A stretch of 53,914 bases of DNA from a virus (lineage: Duplodnaviria > Caudoviricetes), in the IMG/VR virus record IMGVR_UViG_3300036791_001299, positions 1-53,914 of that record. One strand, given 5' to 3'. The notes under the pieces were generated by a model. That model made no database searches, was not told the origin of the DNA, and worked only from the letters and a program-made list of their open reading frames with translations. The first letter of the stretch is position 1, and every line of letters begins with the position of its first letter. The position numbers and the translations under genes are program-made. Shown here piece after piece: positions 27,671 through 36,148 of the stretch.

Positions 27671-29344
27671 TTACGGCTTGGGCGGCTCGCTGCTATCGTC
27701 CGTTTTCGCGGCGTCCTGCGACTCCGGTTCACCCTCTTCCTCGGCTTGCGGCGACGCCTCTTTTCCGACCAGAATCTTGCGCGGATCGATGTCGTAAACC
27801 AGCTCGAGCGCGTCGGTCCGGGCATTGTCCGCGACCTGCTGCTGGTCGATAGTCTCCGCATCCTCGCCGAGTTCCGCGCATACGGTCTGGCGCGACGTGA
27901 ACCCGCAACGGACCATGGTCTGCTTGGCCTCGATGTCCTTCGCCGGGTCGATCCACTGCCACGCCGACGGCATCCACGCAACCTCCAGGTATGGCTCCGG
28001 CTCATCCGCGTAACCCGGGAGGCTGAGGCGGCCACTCAGCACCGCTTCATCCATCCACCAGCGCAACAGCGGCTGGCAGAGTTGAGTGATCAGCACGTTG
28101 TAGATAAACTGCTCGGCCTTGCGGTGGGCGTCCTGCACGCCCGCGCGAATGGAGGAGAGGTTAACGCCACGCAGATCGCCGGTCACCTGCTCGTAGGTCG
28201 CGCCGATGGCCGCCGCAAACTGATGCAGCATGATCGACATGAAACTGCTGAGATCGTTGTTTTGCGGCAGCGACGGGAACTTGATTTCCTCGCCCGGGTA
28301 CAAGTAATTAAACGAGCCGGGCTCCACCTCGGTGAACCCGACAGGCTGGGGCGGAACATAGCCACCAACGGGAGCCGCCGTGCCGCCCGTCCAGGCCGTG
28401 GGTAAAACGTCGGTCTCCGGCACGGTCTTTGAGATGAAGCCCGCAAACATCGACTGCACCTCTTTGGCGACTACCGTGGCATCGGTATACTTGCCCAGCT
28501 CATGCAACAGCACCAGCACGCTCGCCAGATGCGGCTGTCCACGCAGCAAACCGGCGCGAAACGGCTTGTAGGCGTGGATCATCCGGTCGGACGGCACCCG
28601 CACGAATTGCAAGGCGGACGATGTGAAGAACATAGTCTCGCCGGGGTGCTCGGCATACATGTGAAAGGCCGCCAGCCGTCCCTGCGCGTCGAATTCCTTG
28701 CCGGTGCGCACCATGGAGCCCTGCGCGGTGGGCGCAAGACCCGCCGTCGCCGTCAGATTCAGCCAGATGGGACATTGCTCGGCCTCGATCAGCTGAAATT
28801 GCACCGGCACCCGCAGCGGCTGCTTCGCATTGGGATTGGCGGACCAGCCGCGGGGCCGGATGTGCCGCCGCACGAAGACCTCGCCGCCTTCGAAGATCTC
28901 GCGCGCCGCGAGCGCCTGCAGGCCGAAGAAATCGCTGAGACCGTGATAGTCGATGGTCTTGGTCAGCATCGACAGGCGAAACTCGCGCTCGATCTCGAGT
29001 TTGAGCTTTTCGTCCTTGAGCGACCACTTCGGCTTGATGCCGTTGCCGACCACCTGACTCTCGAAGTTATCTACCGCCGACGCGGCCAGCGGGTTGTTGC
29101 GGACCTCATCGTGACACCGCGCGAGCATCAGGTCCCGCGTACCCCATAGCGATGTTGTAGGACCCAGTCGCGACGGCTGCCAGCCGCCTAAACGGCGACC
29201 GGTGCCGGTAGCTTCGTAGGGCGCGCCGGAACCGCTATAGCCGGAGTATTCGGAGGGATATTGCGCGCGCCGGTCGAGCACCGCCGTGCCGGGTGTCGAC
29301 CCTGAGAGGCCGTGGAGCCGGGCCAGACTGCGTTCCGATGCCAT
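27671..29344 (-). CDS. Portal protein, lambda family
   Basis: RNNPLA...VGNGI, QLIEAEQ, RGQPHLA, YEQVTGDL..VN.SS.RAG, WIDPAKD. Confidence 0.93.
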   Translation of the reverse strand: MASERSLARLHGLSGSTPGTAVLDRRAQYPSEYSGYSGSGAPYEATGTGRRLGGWQPSRLGPTTSLWGTRDLMLARCHDEVRNNPLAASAVDNFESQVVGNGIKPKWSLKDEKLKLEIEREFRLSMLTKTIDYHGLSDFFGLQALAAREIFEGGEVFVRRHIRPRGWSANPNAKQPLRVPVQFQLIEAEQCPIWLNLTATAGLAPTAQGSMVRTGKEFDAQGRLAAFHMYAEHPGETMFFTSSALQFVRVPSDRMIHAYKPFRAGLLRGQPHLASVLVLLHELGKYTDATVVAKEVQSMFAGFISKTVPETDVLPTAWTGGTAAPVGGYVPPQPVGFTEVEPGSFNYLYPGEEIKFPSLPQNNDLSSFMSIMLHQFAAAIGATYEQVTGDLRGVNLSSIRAGVQDAHRKAEQFIYNVLITQLCQPLLRWWMDEAVLSGRLSLPGYADEPEPYLEVAWMPSAWQWIDPAKDIEAKQTMVRCGFTSRQTVCAELGEDAETIDQQQVADNARTDALELVYDIDPRKILVGKEASPQAEEEGEPESQDAAKTDDSSEPPKP

Positions 29345-29461
29345 CTTACGGCTTACTTTACAGCATCATGACGTTACAATGCTAGCCGGTTTGACTCCAG
29401 CGAAGCTGAAGTGAGAAAATTATTGCGTTCGAGACACGACATTTTCCTTTTTGTTTGGGAT

Positions 29462-29494
29462 GGCGGCCTTCATGCGATGGGGCCGCCTTTTTTT
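29462..29494 (+). terminator. Hairpin with a + strand T-tract (terminator-like, opposite to the late operon)
   Basis: GGCGGCC...GGCCGCC followed by a T run. Confidence 0.4.
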
Positions 29495-29502
29495 GTCTTG
29501 CG

Positions 29503-29787
29503 CTACCAGAAACGCGCGTAATGCGCGTCCAGCCTGGGTGGCCAGTTTGCGCGCAGGTCGTGCGGTATTCCCTCCGCATCCAACGTTGCCGCAATTTCCG
29601 CAACAGTGAGAAGACCACAATTCTTGATATGCAGGAGATCCTGTGCGGTTGCCTTTAACAGATCTTCAAGGGTTTCAATGTCCCTCGTCCAGGCATAAGT
29701 AAGAGCTGAGATCGCTCTTCTACTCAAACATGGCCGAAGCTTCATTCCGAATTCAACCAGTTGCTTGTTCCTGTCGTCTTCCGGCAT
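29503..29787 (-). CDS. Stand-alone RNA polymerase alpha C-terminal-domain-like protein
   Basis: LSRRAISAL...IETLEDLLKATAQDLLHIKNCGLLTVAEI matches the alphaCTD pattern. Confidence 0.75.
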   Translation of the reverse strand: MPEDDRNKQLVEFGMKLRPCLSRRAISALTYAWTRDIETLEDLLKATAQDLLHIKNCGLLTVAEIAATLDAEGIPHDLRANWPPRLDAHYARFW

Positions 29788-29788
29788 T

Positions 29789-30142
29789 TCAGAACGTCCC
29801 CGTCACATGCGGCACCGCAAGCAGGAACCGCGGCTGCTCCGTCGACAGTAGTTCATTGATGGCTTCGCGCATGATGGTGGCCGGTTTCTGCTCCTTCTCG
29901 GCGGCGATCTGCGCGGCCAGCTTCCATGCGCGCTCGCCGATCTGGTTCACATCCGCGACATGCGCCAGGACGTCGCTATTGACCTGGATCTCATCGAGCG
30001 GCTTGTCCGTCTCCGCGCCGCTGACGAATGCCCAGAGGGCTTCATCGCGGTACAGGAGCCAGAGCCGCAGCGTTGAGAGCAGCGCGGCACGCGGCCCGAT
30101 GACGGCTTTTTGCCCGGCGGACACGATTGCAGGACTCGTCAT
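29789..30142 (-). CDS. Hypothetical protein
   Basis: ATGA coupling with gpW. Confidence 0.5.
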   Translation of the reverse strand: MTSPAIVSAGQKAVIGPRAALLSTLRLWLLYRDEALWAFVSGAETDKPLDEIQVNSDVLAHVADVNQIGERAWKLAAQIAAEKEQKPATIMREAINELLSTEQPRFLLAVPHVTGTF

Positions 30143-30387
30143 AGGCCCTTGTTGGTATAGGCGCGCACCTGACGCCGCGCGTTCGCGGCGTTATTACCGC
30201 CGCCTTGCAATTGAGCCAAATAATTGGCGCGGAGGATCAGGTCTGCTGCGGACGGATATCGGACCGTGCGGTCCTGAAAGCGGACTTCGGCGACGCCGGA
30301 TCCGATAGTCTGATCGAGTGCCAGCTGCTGCTGCTCAAGCGGATCGGGGTCGGGGAGGCCGGGAATGGGAGTAGGAGTCGTTGCCAT
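30139..30387 (-). CDS. Head-tail joining protein gpW-like
   Basis: GVAEVRFQDRTVRY.S..DL...KGL; upstream of portal. Confidence 0.8.
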   Translation of the reverse strand: MATTPTPIPGLPDPDPLEQQQLALDQTIGSGVAEVRFQDRTVRYPSAADLILRANYLAQLQGGGNNAANARRQVRAYTNKGL

Positions 30388-30419
30388 GTTAGGTTGTCCT
30401 TTCTATTTTGATGTTAGCC

Positions 30420-32585
30420 TCAGTTCCAGCTGGTCAGGATGCCGCCGGTGAATACCAAGTGCGTGTAGGCCGTTCCGCCGACATTAAACGTTCCGGTGAC
30501 GGTCGTTGTCTGCCCCTGCAGGTTATTCGCCCAGAAGCCATTCTGAGCATGAAAACAGCTTGTTTTCTGTGCTACGCCCCCGGCCACGACGCCTACTGTC
30601 GTCACCAGTGCGAAGTTGCAATTGTGCGAGGTGTCGATCACCACCGCGCCGCCGATAGTCAGGGTCCCGCCAAGAGTAGTATTCCCGGCTGAATCGATCA
30701 GAATCTTCGCAACCCCGGCGTTATAGCCCAGCAGAAAGTACCCGGTAAACGTACCGCTGCCCGACGCCATGTTCATGGTAAGCGCGCTACCCGCGAATGC
30801 CGACGTATCCTGATACAGACCGATGAGATCGCCGTCGGTCCGGTACGCGGTATGCAGATAGTATCCCGCACCGCCGGTTACGCCGCTGAGATCGTTGACG
30901 ACCACTCCCTGGGATGATGCCGACGCCCGGTTGATGATGAGTTCCGGCGCTGTCATGGTGCCGGATGCGTTAATGCCAACGAAACTAGCGTTGCCCGCAG
31001 TATCGACAACAACCCCGAAGGCATTCACCGCGAAACTATTGCCACTCACCCTGCCATTGCAGTCGACAATAAAACTAGCTGCCCCCCCGTTGAGGCAGTA
31101 GATAAAGCTTCCGGTAAACGACCCGCTACCCTGCGCCATCGTCAATGAAAGAGCGCTGCCTGCGTAAGCCGACCCGTTCTGGTAAATACGGAGAAACTCG
31201 TCGTTTATTCGCGAGGTCGACTGGATAAGGACAGAGTCTCCTGCGGTTGCTGAATCGTTGACGGTTATTGCCGGTGTGCTTGTCGCCTTGGAGACATTGA
31301 CGCTGCCTGCCACATCCAGCTTGGCTTGCGGCGACCCGGTGCCGATACCCCAATTGCCGTTGCAATCGATGCCACCAGCAAAGACTGCGGCCCCCGCAGC
31401 GTTACGTGTGGCCCATGCGTAGCCACTGCTATTCGCATCGGCGATGCAGTACAGGTCGTCACTATCGCTGGCCATTGTCGAAGCCAAGCTCCAGTAGTAA
31501 TCAGCGGCTCCTTGCTGCACAACAAGAATAGGGCCGCTTGCCACGTTGACGGTGAGCCTCCCAGCGACGTGAACCGCGCCCGCCACATCGAGCATGGCCT
31601 GCGGCGAGGTCGTCCCGATGCCGACGTTGTGGTTGAGGAAAATCCAGTCACCGCTGAGACTGTCAAACACAAAGTTACCGGAAGAGATATCTTCACGAAC
31701 CCCAGTCAGGAAGCCACCCGACCCTGAGCTGGGCACGTGGAAAATAGCCGACTGATCGCCCTGCAATTCAATTCGTCCCCCGGAAACATGCAGCAAAGAT
31801 TGCGGCGAACTCGTCCCGATGCCGACGTTGCCGGACCCGTCGATGGTGAGGCGGGCAGTGGCTCCGGTAGCCAAGGTGAGCGGGTAAGCGCCAATCGAGC
31901 GTAGCGTCAGTTGTGTATCAGCGGAGAAGTATGCTCCGCCTGAACCCTGCATGTCGATCTGGCTGTAAGTTTGTCCATCCATCGGGGGGATGGAAATGTA
32001 TCCCGATGCATCAATCACCACCCGCTGCGTAGCGTTAGTGGACAGGAAGAGCGGTGAGGCTCCCATTGTCCGCAGCGTCAGCGCGCTGTCAGCCGAGATG
32101 TACCCCCCGCCTGAACCCTGCATGTCGATCTGGCTGGAAGTTTGTCCATCGACCGGGGCAATATAAACGAGTCCCGATGTATCGATCACGAGACGTTGAG
32201 TCCCGTTAGTCCTCAGGCTAAGAGCGGCACCCGCCAGTCCGGAGACATATCCCGCAAGGACTCCACCGGATGCCTGGATGTTGCCCGCGACATCGAGCGC
32301 CACTTGCGGCGATGCCACACCGACGCCGATTCTTGACGCATTGTAGAGCTGGAATCCGGCGGCATCCACGTCCGCCACCCAGGGACTGACCATCCCTGGA
32401 GGCCCCTGAGGACCCGGAGGGCCAACAGGACCCGGAGGTCCGATATCCATGTAGAGCGGATTCTCAGTTAATACGTCGACGCTGATCACGGCAGCCGGAC
32501 TGTTGGTTGCGTCGACCACCACGCCGTCCTGGTCCTCGATGACGATGACCGGCGGCTCCGTCGTCCTCATTTCAACTTCGGGCAT
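30420..32585 (-). CDS. Second fibre-like protein with a short collagen motif
   Basis: GPPGPVGPPGPQGPPG, repeated GNVGIGTxSPQ, C-terminus similar to 8073..11447. Confidence 0.7.
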   Translation of the reverse strand: MPEVEMRTTEPPVIVIEDQDGVVVDATNSPAAVISVDVLTENPLYMDIGPPGPVGPPGPQGPPGMVSPWVADVDAAGFQLYNASRIGVGVASPQVALDVAGNIQASGGVLAGYVSGLAGAALSLRTNGTQRLVIDTSGLVYIAPVDGQTSSQIDMQGSGGGYISADSALTLRTMGASPLFLSTNATQRVVIDASGYISIPPMDGQTYSQIDMQGSGGAYFSADTQLTLRSIGAYPLTLATGATARLTIDGSGNVGIGTSSPQSLLHVSGGRIELQGDQSAIFHVPSSGSGGFLTGVREDISSGNFVFDSLSGDWIFLNHNVGIGTTSPQAMLDVAGAVHVAGRLTVNVASGPILVVQQGAADYYWSLASTMASDSDDLYCIADANSSGYAWATRNAAGAAVFAGGIDCNGNWGIGTGSPQAKLDVAGSVNVSKATSTPAITVNDSATAGDSVLIQSTSRINDEFLRIYQNGSAYAGSALSLTMAQGSGSFTGSFIYCLNGGAASFIVDCNGRVSGNSFAVNAFGVVVDTAGNASFVGINASGTMTAPELIINRASASSQGVVVNDLSGVTGGAGYYLHTAYRTDGDLIGLYQDTSAFAGSALTMNMASGSGTFTGYFLLGYNAGVAKILIDSAGNTTLGGTLTIGGAVVIDTSHNCNFALVTTVGVVAGGVAQKTSCFHAQNGFWANNLQGQTTTVTGTFNVGGTAYTHLVFTGGILTSWN

Positions 32586-32588
32586 GCT

Positions 32589-32969
32589 TCAACCTACCTT
32601 TGATAGCCGCGCCGGGCGGGTTAACGGAATAGCGGAGTCGGTGACGTCGACCGTGATTCTGACAGGACCCATCAGGATCGTTCCCACGTCGCCGTTGGGA
32701 TACGTGAGCTGCAGATCCCAGTTACCGCCGGACGGCGGCAGGCTGGCACAGTCTGATGCCAACAGATCCATGGCGATGATGTTGGGCAGCGTGACTGTCA
32801 ACGTCATGGTGAGCAGCAGGGACCCCGCTGGTTTGTCGCGGATCTGCGACTTGACCGTTACGCCGGTCAGGTCGACCGGCTGCGTCCGGGCAGTGTCCTG
32901 CCAAAGGGTAAACTGCCAGTGGTAACTGTCGCCGCGGTAGAGCGCGAGCGGATAAACGCCGGGAGTCAT
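32589..32969 (-). CDS. Fibre adaptor-like protein (BppU-like), paralog 1
   Basis: LYRGDS...PVDLTG....QIR...WDLQLT. Confidence 0.6.
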   Translation of the reverse strand: MTPGVYPLALYRGDSYHWQFTLWQDTARTQPVDLTGVTVKSQIRDKPAGSLLLTMTLTVTLPNIIAMDLLASDCASLPPSGGNWDLQLTYPNGDVGTILMGPVRITVDVTDSAIPLTRPARLSKVG

Positions 32970-33322
32970 GTTTTTTTCGCTCCTCCTTGCCGGGTGATAT
33001 CCGGCGTCACGACCACGGCACCGGCCACGACCGTCCGGATCGTGCCGTCAGTGGCCGTCACCTGCAGGTCCCACTGATAACGTCCGGACATAAGTGCGGT
33101 GGTGGCATTCGGAATGGCGAGCAGGATCTGGTTGGGTGGCATGATGGTGATGCCGATCTCGACCACCACGATGGGGTTTTGATCCGCAGGACCCAGCCGG
33201 ATCTGCGCTTGCGCTTCGCATCCGGTCAGATCCGGAGTCGTGCCATCCGGGTTGACCACGGTAATCGTATCGCTGAAGTCGTCGCCTTCGTAGATGGCCA
33301 AATTGGCTTTGCCTACCGCCAT
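32966..33322 (-). CDS. Fibre adaptor-like protein (BppU-like), paralog 2
   Basis: IYEGDD...PDLTG...AQIR...WDLQVT. Confidence 0.6.
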   Translation of the reverse strand: MAVGKANLAIYEGDDFSDTITVVNPDGTTPDLTGCEAQAQIRLGPADQNPIVVVEIGITIMPPNQILLAIPNATTALMSGRYQWDLQVTATDGTIRTVVAGAVVVTPDITRQGGAKKT

Positions 33323-33474
33323 AATGGCTACCATGGTAACGCCGTGACGCCGAAACGTCATAGTGCTACCTTGCTTTTAGAGCATGCCACGTGCTAAAAA
33401 CGAGTGCGAATGGTTCCTTCAAAGGTTGCAACTGAAGCGAAACATATCTCAGAGCAAAGGAAGTGAAAAACAGC

Positions 33475-34173
33475 ATGAACGGTCCAGTTTTAGCGTGGAT
33501 CATTCCCATCTCTTCCGGTGGACATCCGGAGCACCCAATTGCACCCGGTGGACCGCCTCCATATCCGTCTCATCCCATTCCGCCAACCGTGTGGCCAAAC
33601 CCGCCGGGCGGTGGTGGTACTCCTCCTGGAATCTGGGGGGGCGCACCCATCCCGTGGCCGACGCCGCCGATCTACAACCCGCCCACGTATCCCATGCCTC
33701 CGATCTACACCCCAGTCGACCCGGGTTATGGGCAGCCCACGCCGCCGGACCAAATCTGGGGGGGTAGGCCGCCTGCGGGTTATCCGACGCATCCTATCGC
33801 TCCTGGTGGCCCGCCGCCATATCCCGCACACCCGATCCCTCCCACCGTCTGGCCAAACCCTCCTGGTGGTAATCCTCCGGGAATCTGGGGAGGCGCGCCC
33901 ATCCCAGGCTACCCAGCGCACCCTATCGCGCCCGGTGGACCGCCGCCGTACCCGAGTCATCCCATTCCGCCGAACATCTGGCCCAACCCGCCCACCAAAC
34001 CGCCAGGAGGAGGCGAGGCAGGAAGCCCCGACCATCCCATCAACTTGCCGCCCACTGATGACCTGGGCGAGCACGGCTTCTGGACGATGGTCCATTTCCC
34101 GCCCTACGGTTGGGCCTGGGTATGGGTGCCGGTGCCGAAGCCGGATGTTGCCGCTGACGAGGAAAAGAAGTAA
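33475..34173 (+). CDS. Proline-rich repeat protein
   Basis: Three HPIAPGGPPPYP.HPIPP..WPNPP units; upstream AAGGAAG and downstream terminator. Confidence 0.7.
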   Translation: MNGPVLAWIIPISSGGHPEHPIAPGGPPPYPSHPIPPTVWPNPPGGGGTPPGIWGGAPIPWPTPPIYNPPTYPMPPIYTPVDPGYGQPTPPDQIWGGRPPAGYPTHPIAPGGPPPYPAHPIPPTVWPNPPGGNPPGIWGGAPIPGYPAHPIAPGGPPPYPSHPIPPNIWPNPPTKPPGGGEAGSPDHPINLPPTDDLGEHGFWTMVHFPPYGWAWVWVPVPKPDVAADEEKK

Positions 34174-34192
34174 GCCAACACCGTGCAAAACG

Positions 34193-34234
34193 AAAAAGCC
34201 GCCGGGTTCCCGTTTGGGTCCGGCGGCTTTTTTT
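34193..34234. terminator. Bidirectional intrinsic terminator
   Basis: AAAAAGCCGCCGG...CCGGCGGCTTTTTT between convergent genes. Confidence 0.8.
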
Positions 34235-34256
34235 ATTTTGAGAGGCTGAGGAAGTT

Positions 34257-34604
34257 TTACTGCTTTTTGGTCCGCTTGTAGCACTCCCGCCAGTACTCGG
34301 AAGTTAACATGGCATAATTCAGATACTCGCCAAGCAGCATCGCTGAAGCCCTGAAATCTCTCGTGCGAGCGATGCGTTTAGCCTCTTCCATTGAGTGTTT
34401 TTCGGTGTGCAACGAACATTCATCCATCTCTTCCGCCCGCAGCTCCAGTTCAGCAACCGGTAGTTTACTCACGTCAACACTAAGAGTCTTGAGCCACGTA
34501 TCGCGAAAACCGCGGCATACCGCAAGGGGCGTTAGCGGCTTCTCCTCCGCCTTCAGCGGACTCAATACGGCTGCGGCGAGCGCAACCAAAATAATGCTTT
34601 TCAT
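34257..34604 (-). CDS. Secreted hypothetical protein
   Basis: Signal peptide MKSIILVALAAAVLSPLKA. Confidence 0.65.
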   Translation of the reverse strand: MKSIILVALAAAVLSPLKAEEKPLTPLAVCRGFRDTWLKTLSVDVSKLPVAELELRAEEMDECSLHTEKHSMEEAKRIARTRDFRASAMLLGEYLNYAMLTSEYWRECYKRTKKQ

Positions 34605-34614
34605 TGGTGTGTTC

Positions 34615-34863
34615 CTAGTTTGAAATATCAATTGTGCCGACGGCATGCAGCCCGTCGTCGTTTACTGCATCGGCTTTGGCTGCCCAAAGCATGGCCACGC
34701 GGTCATTGCGGACATCGTAGTCCGCGTCGGCATCGGCACTGGTGCGCTCAAAGCCACCGGCGTCGTAGATGACGCCCTCGGGATATTCGGCGAGAAACGC
34801 CTTTACCGCGTCCTGGATCGAGGCGTACTCCGCCTCCTGGTGGTCGAGCGTCATGGAAACCAT
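34615..34863 (-). CDS. Hypothetical acidic protein
   Basis: ORF in small-gene cluster, GGAG before ATG. Confidence 0.55.
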   Translation of the reverse strand: MVSMTLDHQEAEYASIQDAVKAFLAEYPEGVIYDAGGFERTSADADADYDVRNDRVAMLWAAKADAVNDDGLHAVGTIDISN

Positions 34864-34873
34864 GGCTCCATTA

Positions 34874-35299
34874 TCAGTGAGTGGCGGCATAGATCTCGTC
34901 CTGGCTGACGACCTTGCCCAGATTATTCTCGACTTGGGCGTGATACCACGTGGCGGAGCACGAGCCGTCGACCCGCTCGGTCTTGATCGCGAGGCATTCT
35001 GCCGCGCCCTTCAGCGTCCGGTGTTTGTGGCCGCAGTGCGCCAGCTCCTGGTGAATGCCGGTTGAGGCATTCCAAGAATTGGGGTCGCGGACGACCACGC
35101 TGTAGCTGGTGGCCTTACGCTCAAAGCGCTGGCCTTTGCGCAGGTTGATCACCCGCGTATCGATATCCACGATGTAGCCGGTGGCTCGCTGCTCGGCGGC
35201 GGCAGCCAGTGCCGCGTCGAGCGTCTTAAACATCTGTGGGCCCGGGATGTCCAGGTTGTGCAGACGGACCGGCGTGTAGACTTCTGCGATTTCGTTCAT
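34874..35299 (-). CDS. Hypothetical protein
   Basis: GGAACACACCAATG start; CGHKHRT motif. Confidence 0.65.
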   Translation of the reverse strand: MNEIAEVYTPVRLHNLDIPGPQMFKTLDAALAAAAEQRATGYIVDIDTRVINLRKGQRFERKATSYSVVVRDPNSWNASTGIHQELAHCGHKHRTLKGAAECLAIKTERVDGSCSATWYHAQVENNLGKVVSQDEIYAATH

Positions 35300-35323
35300 T
35301 GGTGTGTTCCTCTTTTTGGTGGA

Positions 35324-35581
35324 TTATTTCAGCCGCGCCGCAACGTGCTCGGCTAATTTCTCGTAATACTTCAGCATCTCAGTGAGCTGCGAGATGCGCT
35401 GCTCGTGCTCCGCAACCGCCCGCCGGAAGGCGTCCTCCGGCCTCTGGACGTAATAGTCCCTGGCATTGGGACCATTCTGGCGGAGCGTTTTGAGTGCCGA
35501 TTCGAGCGCACCGGAACAGTCAAGCGCCTGTTCCAGCAGGTCGCTCGCAGCTGTGCCGTTGAGATGGACGGTGGGCATCAT
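35324..35581 (-). CDS. Hypothetical protein
   Basis: GGAGGTG RBS; PTVHLNGT...PNARDYY phage-type motif. Confidence 0.65.
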   Translation of the reverse strand: MMPTVHLNGTAASDLLEQALDCSGALESALKTLRQNGPNARDYYVQRPEDAFRRAVAEHEQRISQLTEMLKYYEKLAEHVAARLK

Positions 35582-35772
35582 CGCACCACCTCCTGTTTCT
35601 CCGCCCAGACCACCGGCAGGAAGCCGCCCTTCCGGATCCAGCCGTTAAGAGCGGTGACCAGCTCGGCCAATTCAAGCGCATCGAGCGGGTCAATCGCCTT
35701 CTCGCGGTCTGCCTGCATCTGCAGGCGGCGCGCCAGCTCAATCTGGCGTCTGAGATTCTCGTTGGGGTCCAT
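35578..35772 (-). CDS. Hypothetical protein
   Basis: MDPNENL...WIRKGGFLP..W small phage protein pattern. Confidence 0.65.
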   Translation of the reverse strand: MDPNENLRRQIELARRLQMQADREKAIDPLDALELAELVTALNGWIRKGGFLPVVWAEKQEVVR

Positions 35773-36093
35773 TTACTGCTTCACCTCCGCTGCCGGTCCG
35801 ACTTCGATGTCCTTCACCGGCACCCAGCGGCCAGTGCCAGCCTGTCGGCCCCAGGGGCCCTTGCAGCCGCGCATGGTGACCTTGTAGGCCGTGATCCTCA
35901 CGCGAGTGCCGCTACTCTGCTCCAGAGTTGCAAAGACTTCGCGGCCAGCCCGCAGCGAGGCGTTTACGGAATGGGCGGAAGTGTAAATTTTCAACGTCAT
36001 TGGTGTGTGTGCTCCCGACGCCTTGCGGCGTTTCGCCCGGATTCCACGGGCTCCGTTTTCGGTGAGCTGATTTGTTGCGTTGGTGTGTTCCAT
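35773..36093 (-). CDS. Hypothetical protein (leaderless start 36093 or internal start 36000)
   Basis: ORF directly behind the promoter. Confidence 0.5.
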   Translation of the reverse strand: MEHTNATNQLTENGARGIRAKRRKASGAHTPMTLKIYTSAHSVNASLRAGREVFATLEQSSGTRVRITAYKVTMRGCKGPWGRQAGTGRWVPVKDIEVGPAAEVKQ

Positions 36094-36100
36094 GACCATA

Positions 36101-36130
36101 AGAATAGCGCAATGGAAACTATTGTGTCAA
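36101..36130 (-). promoter_or_regulatory. Sigma70-like promoter TTGACA-N18-TATTCT
   Basis: Perfect -35; ATG 7 nt after the -10. Confidence 0.65.
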
Positions 36131-36148
36131 CAGACACGCGAAATTATT

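Noticed and set aside
8073-32585. Diversity-generating retroelement or invertase switching between the two fibres
   Set aside because: No reverse transcriptase or invertase, and no near-identical TR/VR nucleotide pair was seen
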